DNA from: Botryllus schlosseri
Taxonomy: Eukaryota
DNA: 64,000 nt
Assembly (NCBI GenBank): GCA_051294905.1
Contig: CM119382.1
Location: forward strand, 18,290,001-18,354,000
Direction: 5' to 3'
This document shows, piece after piece, positions 50,673 through 62,663 of the stretch; the stretch's first letter is position 1; every line of letters begins with the position of its first letter. Both the position numbers and the translations under genes were made by a program. Under the pieces are notes generated by a model. It was not told the DNA's origin. It did not search any database and saw only the letters and a list, made by a program, of their open reading frames with translations.

Positions 50673-53600
50673 GTTGCAATGCTCTTTCTCAATAATGATT
50701 GTAGAGCGGCCAACTATCAGTTTTCGCATGCCACACTTGTATGCTATCCGTATTAAAGTTGAAAAAAAATCCACTGATTTATGTCCGCACCACAGTATCA
50801 TTAAGGTTAGGACAAATCATTGCGGCCTTCTGTGATACCATCATGGAAAACAATTACTATACATTGGTTGTAGGCTTATATGCTACTTTTTCATATAAAA
50901 TCGGCAAAGCAAAGCGGATTTTAGGACTCCGTCATGTATACTGATAGAGTGCACGCTACACAGCACAGCAACAGGATGCCGGAAGACTGCTGACCTTGAT
51001 AATTACAAGTGTATAGACGCGCAACGCAAATACTTCTTTACTCGGTTGTCTTTGCTTTGCCATGTAGTCTCGTTGGGAGGTAAGATATGGAAATGGTTCA
51101 TGTTAACATTCGCATATACAAGACATTATGGTATGATTGAACTATCCATCAATAAACATGACGGAATATAATATTGCGTAACGGTCATGCATCGATGGCT
51201 ATAGCATTATCATTTTAGATTGTAGCATTGCTACTTTGGCTCACACAATCGTTCCGTTATTGTGCACGGGTTTGCGACGTGAGTGCGGACGGGAATATGA
51301 TGTACGGATCAATATATTGACTTTAAATATTCGCCAATGAAATTGGATATCGAAGAAATGACATTACTACAGGCCCAAATATAAGGCTTATCCACTGTGA
51401 ACGAAAATAATGTGTTATGCCGCTTTCCACCACAGCGTATACCGTATATGGTGTAAATCAGGAGAGCAACATTTCTGGTACCTAGTATTGCTTTCACACC
51501 TATTCCAGTTGGCGAAGATGGATATATATCCCAGGGGTGGATTGGGTTGTGTTTTGTCGAAGAGCATACTTTACCCATAAAATTGCTATATGTGTCAGGG
51601 TTTGTATCACAACCAGCGCCTGTAACCCTTGGCACTTCATCTAACAAAGTCGAATGTATCCGAAGGATATAGTTATATATTATGAAGAACAAATCTTGAA
51701 ACTTGACCTATTCGGTTTCACAACGCAATAAAAGCCTAATACTACGCGTAACGCGTATACATGGTTGGGATCCGTATACTTGGGTCATAGATATGAAGAA
51801 CATCGATGAAACGTCACGTCAATCTCTCAAATTAATGCTATGAACAAAATAGGATGTACTGATACGAAAATGTTTTGCTTGTATTTTACATGGGTAGAAT
51901 AGCTGAATTGAAATAACCCTCTCGGCATATAAGTCAGTAAAGCATTAGTTAGGTGACAAAATGTATATCTCGAGCGTATGCCCTTCAGTTGAATTATTAG
52001 TGAATGACAGTGAATATTTGACGGTAATGTCCAAGAAAATATCGTTACTTCGACTTCTCGACTTTTCTTTGTGGAATTTCGTTCTAATCTGGAATGAAAA
52101 AGAAGGATTATGCTAACGTCATATTCCTACGCACTCGAAATACTTTTCTGGGTATTGACCTTATGCATTATAATTGTGGATTGTGGATATATTGTTATTT
52201 ACTGTCGGGAACAAGGAGTTATACCTAACGAATTGATGCTGACGGTAGTTTCTCGAGCGACGCGATCGTGGACAATGGGCTTTGAAATAAACTATAACTT
52301 GACGTATACATTTAAATATTTACGAATACACTATTATTCTGCCGACTTCGTCTGCTATAGGGGACTTATTGGTACGTATACGTTGATGTAGATGTGTGGT
52401 AAATGCTAACTGCCGTGATCGTCTTCCGGAAGACGTAACGCCGCAGAAATTCCTTCGGGTATGAGTTATAATTCTATATACCGCACAAACATGATGGCTG
52501 AACCATATTACCGGGTTAACTTTCCCTGAGAGGAACGATGTTATAGTTGTAATTGAGGAAACTCGGTATGTTTCGATAACGCTCTTACGTTCACAAATAT
52601 ACGAAAAACGATAAGAAGTATATAATCCTTTAAAACTAATACCATATATAGAGATGTGTATTAAGATGCATAACGAAGCTATTTAAAGTTTGTGTGTAAT
52701 ACATCTGTACACACCATAATATGAGGAAAGTAAAGCCAACAAAACGAAATGATTTTGGGTCAATGAAGGGCGTTCGCTATCTTGAATTTCTCCGTCGGCA
52801 CTTTCGTGCTACACAGTTTTGACAAGGTTATAAGTCACATCTTTCAAGAGACCATTGTATACACAGTTACTAAAACCAGCAAATTGAACGTCACGATTTT
52901 ACCAAAAGAAGAGCATTTTATCAACAACATTAGAGCTTCACTCAATAGATACGAGATTGTTTGATCAACGCTTACCAGTCTGTGTTGTATTACAGAATGT
53001 AAATAGTATCAGGGATGGTGTGAACGTTCTTTTCACCTTCGTGTTCTCGATGCGAATCTCGATATTTCGGACGAACCTTGAAATCTTCTACAGTGAGACA
53101 ATCTTTTTGAAATAGTGGAAGTTTATAGCAATCTTAACGTATTTGATCATAATTCATTGAATTGCAACTTCTTATTGCTCCCTGCATCACCTACAGAGCG
53201 CAAGAAAAGAAATTGAACACAGAAAATACACTCGAAAATTGTACAGAGTCTTGAGATATATTTCTGAAATATCACACTGCGCTGGTTGTGAATAATATAA
53301 TGATTCATGTACCTCACCGACGCGCGCTTAGCCCGCAAATAGGGTAAAGCGCGATCGTAAACTCCCCACAGAGTTGCAGATTCGGCACTTCCTGATGAAA
53401 CAAAAGAATGATATTTTAGTACCGTGGAGCCAAATTGTTCCTTGGCTTGGAAGATTCTCCGAGCAGCATATCTGAGTGTGGATAAGGGGTCGTTGTAGGC
53501 CGAAAACCCTGACCTATTATAACGTAATCAACCAATATGTGATAAGATCATCATAGTACATTTCGCTCTGTTCACATCGTCACGACGTGACTGACATATG

Positions 53601-54463
53601 TCGAATAACACAAATCGCACCATGTGATTAATGACTATAATACTCCGGCAATATCTTGCACAGGCAGGGGCGCAGTCGGGAAGGCAGAAAAGTGAGTTGT
53701 ACTGCAATTAGCCTTGTGACGTCATGTGTTGGTGTCAACGTACGTACGTATTCACAGTGAACCTTATCTAAAAGTTCGTGTTCAAACGAACCAAAACCTT
53801 TCACATGTTCTTAAAAATCCCTACGGGCCATTGCACATATATGTACTATTCATGTCTCGCAGTGAAAACACATTTCGTCGTGCCGCTCGTACTGCTCACT
53901 TCTCTATTTGTACGTATACAAAGCTGTACATCTTGTAGATTACATGCAAACATTGAATATTAGAACCTCTCGATCACGGGAACACGATGGGGTATCTTGA
54001 GCCAGCCTCATGAGTGCCTTGGATGTCAAGAGAAGATATACCCTTAACTTATACATATGATATTTTATGACACGCCCGTGGTTGGTTGCAGGCAATTAGT
54101 CCCGATCAGTAGTGGAATTATGACTATCGCGGTGGTGGTTGTACACTGTACAGTGGCGCACGCCATAGGGTTGGAGCCCGAAATTGACACCCCGTCCTCC
54201 TGAAATGCCAATTCTATCTTCAATGCGCATAAGTTTCATTTGCCATTAAGTAATTGGTGTCACGACCGAAGCATGACACATGGTGGCACTTTCCAAAGAG
54301 AAGCTTCGTATTTCTCAACTGGTATCTGAAAGAGACATAGGAGAAGTTACACTGAAAATCATACATTATTGGTTTTGTTCCGTTAACACTCCGATGATGC
54401 ACAGTTCATTTTGTACACGAGCAATCTAGAGTAACGTATTTGATGTGTATTTAGATGTGTAAC

Positions 54464-56071
54464 CAGACTTGTACAAACTACTTCATTTTTAAAATGCGCA
54501 ATTAGAACCATTGAACAACTATTTAATTTTCAAAAAGCGCAACTATGTAACTGGAACTAGAACTAACGACTTTTAAAATTCCGCTACAAACTAACCAAAT
54601 CCCAACTAAACAATAACTGATAATATGAAAATGAGCTAAGATATATTGGGGATAGAATCAGCATTTAAGAAAGACGGGCTATCGAGTTTCAAATGAGAGG
54701 GGTATCGAGCTCAAGACCCATCCTTGGCTACCTTACTCGTTGTCGTGATGACTCTTAGCGAGCCATGGCTGCAAGAACATCAGACAACAGTACATCACGA
54801 CTGACGACGATACTTTATTTCTAGGTTTTCTGCTACTACTTTATTTAAAAAATGTGAACTATGCTCACTTTTCAGAATTCGCAACCAGAGCTAAAACTGG
54901 AATTACTAGCTTTTATATATTTGCTAGGGATGGTGTGAACCTCTGAAAGGTTCAGGTTCGCGTGAACGCGAACCTTTTTGAAAGGTTCTGTGTGAACGCG
55001 AACGTGAACCTCTTGGCGTCATGTGACGTCATATTGCTAATTCCTACCCTATATTTCAGTGAAGTGATAGCCTATATTAATGTGTACAGGGTACACGATA
55101 CCTAGCGACGACTCGGCCCACAAAATGCCACAATGCTGAAGTACATATTGACGTATATTAAACGTCTCCAAATCTTTCAACTGGGGCAATCAAACGCTAT
55201 ATTAATAAATGTATCAACTGGGGTAATCAAATGATAAAATAATTCCATAAAATCAATATCTTCCTTCGCTTTGCCCACAATTCCGACGAGGACTTGCAAG
55301 GGAATATATGCTTACGCCTTAACGGGACCGCGGACCAGAAATGGACCGCGCGACTGAGTATTGCCACGTTGATATCGAGCAGAGTGTAAAATGGGTTTCT
55401 ATTCTTGCTACCTATATTATCCTATTACCAAGTTATACAGCAGTAGCCAACACCCCAATCGCATGGATTTGGTTTTTATGATACAATAAGCATATGAAGT
55501 CAAGATTGACCCCGTACGCCTGCTAGATTTTTTTTACATCAGACAACGATATCAATTTCAGTGAATGGTTGAATAAGCATCATTCGCTCACCATGGTACA
55601 TATGGTGTATTTCTCTCTTGATGTTATGTAATTGCTGGTCAAACTCACAGCAGAGAGTCACTAAATATTCACAAACGGATAACTGGATATTTCGAGCAAA
55701 CTTTTGTAACGAAGCAAGTAAAACTAATAAGATTGTCAAGCTACATGCTCGTTTAGTGTTGATTTTTTATTCTGCCAGCGCCATGCATGGAGTGACCTGC
55801 AGTTGAAATGCAGTAAATTTCAACCAAGGGTGTTATAATGAAGTGAAAGTTGTCATACATGAAAAAGGTTCACAGTGCAGAACCTACCAAGATTCGTTTG
55901 TGAACGTGAACCTCTGAATTTCTGAGGTTCACACACAGAACGCGAACGTGAACCTCACGTTCACACCATCCCTAATATTTGCAACTAGAACAAGTACTTT
56001 TGATAACTACACTCAAAAATAAGTAGTTAGTTGACCGTTAACCAACTAGTTTTGTAGTTTGTACAAGTCTG
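54464..56071. mobile_element. TIR element hosting a nested MITE (~550 bp net)
   Basis: 18-bp perfect TIRs CAGACTTGTACAAACTAC / GTAGTTTGTACAAGTCTG. AACTA-rich subterminal motifs. Flanks ATGTGTAAC / ATCTGTAAT look like a degraded 8-9-bp TSD. Confidence 0.75.
54925..55974. mobile_element. hAT-type MITE nested in 54464-56071
   Basis: TIRs TAGGGATGGTGTGAAC / GTTCACACCATCCCTA. Perfect 8-bp TSD ATATTTGC (54917-54924, 55975-55982). Subterminal GAACGCGAACGTGAACC repeats. A lone related TIR lies at 53010. Confidence 0.92.
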
Positions 56072-56083
56072 ATCTGTAATCTG

Positions 56084-56571
56084 TGGGGTTGCAATTTTTT
56101 AAGTTGTATAATTGTGTCACAATTGTGAAAATACTGTCGAAAACATGTAGTATTAGACTTAGGACGACTGGTGTTCGATAAATAGTCCATGTGTATGATA
56201 TGGGCTGTCGGTAACCCGCGAAATCGTCGTCGAATCAGCAGTTACAGCCCATAGTTATAAATCACCGGGACAGAATGGACGATGATGACCGTGGTTGTAA
56301 AAATGGAGCATGACGATGTATAGTCCTGGTCAAAGATATTCTTTGGTTCGTTTAAGACAGGGTTGGAAACCTTTTTCGTCAAAGGAGCCATATCGACCCT
56401 ATATTTTCAATTGTAATGCTTACGGGGCCATATAACAATGTCGATCCCCAGTGATGTCACAATTAAAGTTTCGTGACATCATTGGTATAAAACAAACAAA
56501 ACAACAATAATAATAAACATCTTTTAAACAAGGACCATGTTTCAAACATGTTTGTTTTAAATGCAACCCTA
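56084..56571. mobile_element. hAT-type MITE, family B copy 3
   Basis: Degenerate left TIR TGGGGTTGCA and right end ...TTTTAAATGCAACCCTA. Internal blocks align by eye with 43610-43925. TSD GTAATCTG / GTGATCGA (5/8). Confidence 0.75.
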
Positions 56572-59500
56572 GTGATCGATTTATATTTTTATGAATCGGT
56601 AAAAAGTTACGTTTCCCCGAAGGCTTACAGATTACAGTGTAAGTGTTTCTCAGGTTAGTAAAGGTTACGAACAATTGTTCTAGAGGTGTCTAAATCTCTC
56701 TTCTTTCATCAGCCGTGAAATGATCTCACACAATAGTAGTAGCACAGTCACTATGATACCTTTCAATGATATTTGGATTTACAATATCCGCTACACCACT
56801 TAGCTCTTGTGGTGCTTATCATACTTCAGACATCATCAAAGTGCGTGAATCATAGTGTGTGTGGATAGTTGGATTTTCGTGTTTTACGGTAAATACACCG
56901 GCCTTGATGGCTGAGCCATACTTGTACAATATTGTAATATAGAACTGATTTCTGAATCAGATACTTTCGTTCGACATGATTGTGGACATACCCCTCATTG
57001 CTTGTGCTAATGGCTGTTTTCGCAAGCATATATATTCGCCGGTCGTGCCACCACATATCTTCAATTATATTACGCTAGAATAAAAGAGAGGCAGTGTCGA
57101 TGTTAGTAATGAGTTACGATCGTTAGCCATTATGGCGTGTGAATTCATTTAATTTATTGACTCACATTGTCATAGATAACGTGAGTGCTGTCATGAACCA
57201 AACCCTGTTCATTTGACCCCCATTTTCAGAAGCATGGAAACACCACGTTCTTATCGATTTCATGTAATGTAATGGGTGGCTATAAGCTAATATACGACAC
57301 AGGTCTTTTGTTTATAGACTTTGGTACATCTAATAGGAGTCAAAAGACAATAAACGGTTGAATCACCAGTTAAGTTGTATTCTGTTATGGAGGCTAATTG
57401 TTAATGGTTTGACCCTATGACAAACTATCTGGGCGTAGAATAGAGGCAGAATACAGATCTCAGTCCTGGCTTTATGGATTGGTGGAGTTGGTGCGGTGTT
57501 ACTTTACAAGAAATATGGGCTATGCACAGTAAGATTCAATCTGATGACGGTGACATCGCGATGGGCGTGACGCAAAAATTAACGACACCCCGACTTTGGT
57601 TGATCATTATAATGATTCTTTCATAAAAAATCATTATATTTTACAACGGAGTCGCACATTGCTTCACTTCGAAATACGGCGACTCCCGCAGACTTGACAT
57701 AAACCTTAAAATAAATATACTTTATGTACCGTTGGTGTACCCAAGCAAACATCGGCGCGGTGGCCATTTGTGTGACGAGGTTAACGTGTGTCGCTTCATG
57801 TAAATATACCGCTATCCTATTCTTGACCACATTAATATTTACATGCGGAACCCACACTTCAATGAATTGAAATTAGTTGCATATAATTTTGACTTGTGTT
57901 GAGACGACATGATAATATGTTTTATTGTCGTACAAGCTGACCGGTACCGGTACCTCTGTATACGACAAGATGACACGAATTGCACATTTTACATTCACCT
58001 ATTTAGTCGAAAGGCCATTCAGAAGAAGTAGGCCTGCTTTCTTCTGCCAACTTCTCCGATTCTGTCAGTTACCCGATCGTAGGCAAGTCACTAATTCTCC
58101 CGGAAATTCCATATAACCTGTGAAAGCAGCGCTCTCTAATGCGGGACAATGGCATAAAAACGCTGTGAGTTGAGTAGTTTCAACAGCTATGGTTAGTAGT
58201 TTCACGCGATTTCTCACTGTTTCAAATTCAAATGATAGATTTGCAATTTCTAAGCTATATATTCCGTCGCGATAATTAGTCCTACTGGTGTTATATTGAA
58301 CATAGTAAGGCTCGGATGATGACGATTACCAATTCTCACACTCTTTGGTACTTCAGTAAATTTACAGGTGGGTATAATGAGAAGTTTGGCCTCAACGTGG
58401 GGTTTAAACGGGAATGTATGTTTTCTGCACATGGTCTGACTATACCAAGCCATTAAATTAGTAAAATTAAAAACGCACGAGGCATGCTACACTCGTATAC
58501 AATTTTTAGAACCACCCAGCTAATATTGACATCTGACGTATTATGTCAGATTTCTGCAACCTTTTTCAGGCCACAGAAATTGTACGTTGTGAAATTCTTG
58601 CGATGCACCAAAAGCGATTGTGTTTGCGATACAATAACAGAGAGGACGGATACAATTTATATATACCTTCCGTTTTGGTCAATGAGACCGAATTCTGTTT
58701 GGACAATGCAAAATTGTACAATACACCTGCATATAAGGTTGACATTTTGGTCAGTCAGGAACTGCAGAAAGAAAAAAGAGATATTGTTCTTGATCATCAC
58801 TAATAAACAATTTTCGCGCTTTTTTAAATTTTGCATATGCTGCGCAAGACAAACTTATCTCACGGAGATAATTCATTGGAAATGGGAGAAATATAACATC
58901 CACCTCAAAATCATTCTGACGGCAGTTCGGAAAATATCAATATTTGAGTGCGAATTCATTTTTCTACTGAATATCCTAGGTGTTCGCTCAAGAGTTGTTG
59001 CTAATTTAATTAAGGATTATTTCCGGTTCAGTCAACGCATTCCGTGCTCACAGAAGAGGGATATAAAGGTAAATTATATCGACTAATACGTAATACGTAT
59101 TGTAATGAAGAAGCAACATAATTGTATATTATATATCTATAATATGTGATGTGATTGCTATCAGTACGCGACAATAAGTTAAGCAACTAATGGCAAATAT
59201 CCGAGTTGGTGATAGTGAATGTGTCAGTTGGGCCATGTATATCAGATGTACACTATAAATGTCTTTCACAGTATCTATACTATCGTAAAGCATTTCCATT
59301 GTGGTTGAATCCGTCGTCTCTGTGTTAGGTCACCGTGCGCAAATCAGCACTCTAATCTTAACTTGTTCAGGATATCCCATCGAAATACCCACAGGAAAGG
59401 AATTTCCGTCGGAAGCATGCAATACCGTAATACAAAGGATGACATCGCCTCGCGTAGGTTTTGAGGTTCGTCATTCTGATCTCATCAAATTCAAATCGAA

Positions 59501-60912
59501 AAATATGCAGCCAGGTGTTGACAACTGCTTACTAACGACGACACATCTGAACCCCGATAAGTCTCGCCTGCCATTTAGACGTTTAAGATGCTGGAAGCGC
59601 TCACAGCTAACCAAATTAGGCACGAGGAGTTATCAACCACTGAAAACGCCTTTGGGATTGCGTCACTGTAGATTACAAGATTATTCTCGAAAACGCTCGT
59701 TATCCGTGACGTGTAGGCCTATTCGTCGCGTATATGCGTAACATTGGTGGCATGCGAATAGTAGAGATAGGGCGTACACGTGGAAACGTGAAGACAAGAC
59801 ATCAATAAGTTGATAGGAAACCATCACACTGACCAGCAACGTAAGTATGACATAATCGCAGCACGCACGATCGGTCATACTTGTGGGTAAAAAGCTCCCC
59901 ATTGTTGACTCGAGAGGGCACATTCGCTATCTTGTTAACTTAACTTTGTCTCGGGTATGCGTAATCTATAACTTAACGAAGTCCACGCTTTTAAAGGATA
60001 ATCTTGCTCTCAGATGAACTGACATTATCCAATAACTGTTCTTGGTACGAAACTAAACGGTGACAAGTCATTATAGGACCGGCAGTGTGGGTATATAGGC
60101 TTCAATGGATCACACACCAGCAATATTTCGACCGAAGTTTATAAATCAGAAATTATTTCAAATTACTTTGTATATGTATATAACTGATATAGACATAGTC
60201 TTGAAGATGAATGTGTGCAATGTGCATGGATAACAAGCTTATATAATAGTTCTTTCGCGCCCTAAAAATGTTATAACGGCACCGACGCGACAATGACAAA
60301 TAGGCCTTCATTTGCATGACATGCAGTCGGTTTTTCGTGGGTCAACCCTTATTAAAAGCAGAATCTCAATTAGATCTGGCATTACTTATTGTACAATGTA
60401 AAACCATGATCTAGCAACTCATAATGTTTCAAGACCCCAAATGAAATCGCTTGGCCATGTTAGCGACAAACGTCTTTGGTACAGTATCACATACGATTGA
60501 AAGGTGGTAAGCATAGCATGAATTCTCGGAATCCAAACCTTTTCCAATGTCAACCGCTTTACAGGCAGGTGGCTTGAAATAAGTAATGATATCATAATCT
60601 TAATACAAGAGTAAAATGTCAACGTAAACAGTGTTAATGTCGCAACCCCGTTTTACTGCAGCGCATAGACTACGCCTCTGCCTCCCACTCACAGATTTAT
60701 TTGTGTTGCCATGTCTCTCTCACGTTGACATTTGCTTTTCCGTCTGCAACTTCTCCCCGTCGACCGTCTACGAAAACGCCGCCACCGGAAACACAGTCTT
60801 CCATCCTGTATTCAAAAGTTCTACAACATTGCAGAGGAAAGGTTAGTGCAATGTAAATTTCAACATGTAATTTACCTTCTGGGTTCTGCAATGGCAGTAA
60901 CAGATTCGACAT

Positions 60913-61351
60913 GGTGTCCGGACAATACCGAGAAAACCATTACCGAGAATGCCATTACCGAGAATGGACACCACCGAGAATGGACATTACCGAGAATGGA
61001 CACCACAGAGAATGGACATTACCGAGAATGGACACTACCGAGAATGGACATTACCGAGAATGCAATATATGCAATGCAGGCATGTTATGCATATGCACAG
61101 GACGTGGGAGTGCATCACGGCGTTGCCACATTGGGTATCGATGCTCAGGTATACATTTCTCGGCAACGTCATTCCCAGTAAGCTATATCCTTGACATTGG
61201 CTATTCTCGGTAATGTCCATTCTCGGTGGTGTCCATTCTCGGTAATGACCATTCTCGGTAATGTCCGTTCTCTGTAATGTTCATTCTCGGTAATGGCATT
61301 CTCGGTAACGTCCATTCTCGGTAATGGTTTTCTCGGTATTGGTATAGAACC
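60913..61351. mobile_element. Mutator/Foldback-like non-autonomous element
   Basis: Perfect 9-bp TSD ATTCGACAT (60904-60912, 61352-61360) and GG...CC termini. Each arm is nine tandem 15-16-bp units (TACCGAGAATGGACAT), inverted around a ~140-bp core. Confidence 0.88.
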
Positions 61352-62498
61352 ATTCGACATTCGGTCACGAATTTTGGTGATTTGAGCTGACCTTCCCGTT
61401 CCCACAGCATATCTTCCTTTGAACAGCTGCATCCAGACAATGCGGTAGGGTCCAGCTGTGTGAAGTCCCTAAATATATATTTAATATGAGACTAATTAAA
61501 TAAAGAGACATAATTAAGAAGACTGCATACCTACACAATGTGATGTTGGATGTCGTATATACACCATTGTTATATCATTCTCATTGTTGATCTATATATG
61601 CAATGGTGGTCAGAGCAGTCCGCGTTGCTACTCATGTATAAGTGGAAGTAACGCCCCAAATTTATGCTAAACTACAGGTAGAAGTAGCGATTTGAAAGAT
61701 GTGTCAAAACAACTTAATATGGAGGTAGAAAATTAAAGGTATGAAAAGTAACCAAGTATAGGTAGTTTCGAAAGGTAGATTTGGCATGCTTATGTCAGTT
61801 ATCAATGATCGCTAGTTTCAGAATTATACAATGCATATTCGCTACAAATGCAAAATGACTAATTACACTGCGAATACAGGTACAATCTTCGAAAATATAC
61901 CCATCAGTTACTGCGATGGCGATTTCACACGGTTGTTATGTCTATTTCACTCTCACAGCGGTGCAAACTTATCTCAAAAACGACGTTCTACTTTGTAAAG
62001 TTTAAAAAGTAAGTAGCATAGCGTAAGTACCCAACTGGAGAGTGACTCTTTCAACAGACCTTCGAACTAACAGCTTTCCAAGCTCCAGCTTTCTTCGAAA
62101 ACATAGATGACACAACATTTGAGTTGACTAGTAATTGTCGAATATGGGGTCCATTGAATACTCTAGTTTTTAGTTTTTTTTTCAGTAAGCTTCAACAACA
62201 TATCTTTGAAGCATTCTCCATGAAAATTAAGAGCTCGAAGATTTTATTTCATAAGCCCAAGTTTGATATGTAAATGCGGAAGAATGATCTTGAATGACGT
62301 CGAAATATCTCTTGATGCCACGCAGGCCTAGTCCAATGTTACTGTTTGGCTCTTGAATCCCAATAGCGAAGAATACAAGCATACTTTGTGCATCCAGACT
62401 GTTCACCATTTTCAAGTCGACACAGATTTGCCAACCTTACTGCTCCTATTTTTATTAGCAAAAGACAAGCTTGATGTTATCATATTTTTCATTTGGAG

Positions 62499-62663
62499 CA
62501 GGGATCTCAAACACGGGGCCCTCGTCCAAAGCCGGTACAACAACAATTTTATTCAATTATTTTAAAATGTGATTTGTTCGTGTCACGCGTGGATTGCTAC
62601 GGCCCGCGAAGTCATCAAAACTGGGAAATTAGTCCGCGAGCCAATTTGAGTTTGAGACCCCTG
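62499..62663. mobile_element. 165-bp hAT (Charlie-like) MITE
   Basis: TIRs CAGGGATCTCAAAC / GTTTGAGACCCCTG. TSD degenerate (ATTTGGAG / TTGTAGAG, 5/8). Confidence 0.75.

Noticed and set aside
51309-51692. 127-aa minus-strand ORF
   Set aside because: No recognisable motif or convincing splice context; length is compatible with chance.
59301-59741. 146-aa ORF, and a minus-strand EPQNLREAMSS resembling a copia motif
   Set aside because: No supporting RT/integrase motifs, multiple stops around it, and no LTRs seen.
60732-61440. Repetitive ORFs (TENGHYREWTLPRMD...) in several frames; possible CRISPR-like array
   Set aside because: These are translations of the 16-bp tandem arms of the Foldback element. 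The repeats are contiguous with no unique spacers, and the context is eukaryotic with no cas genes.
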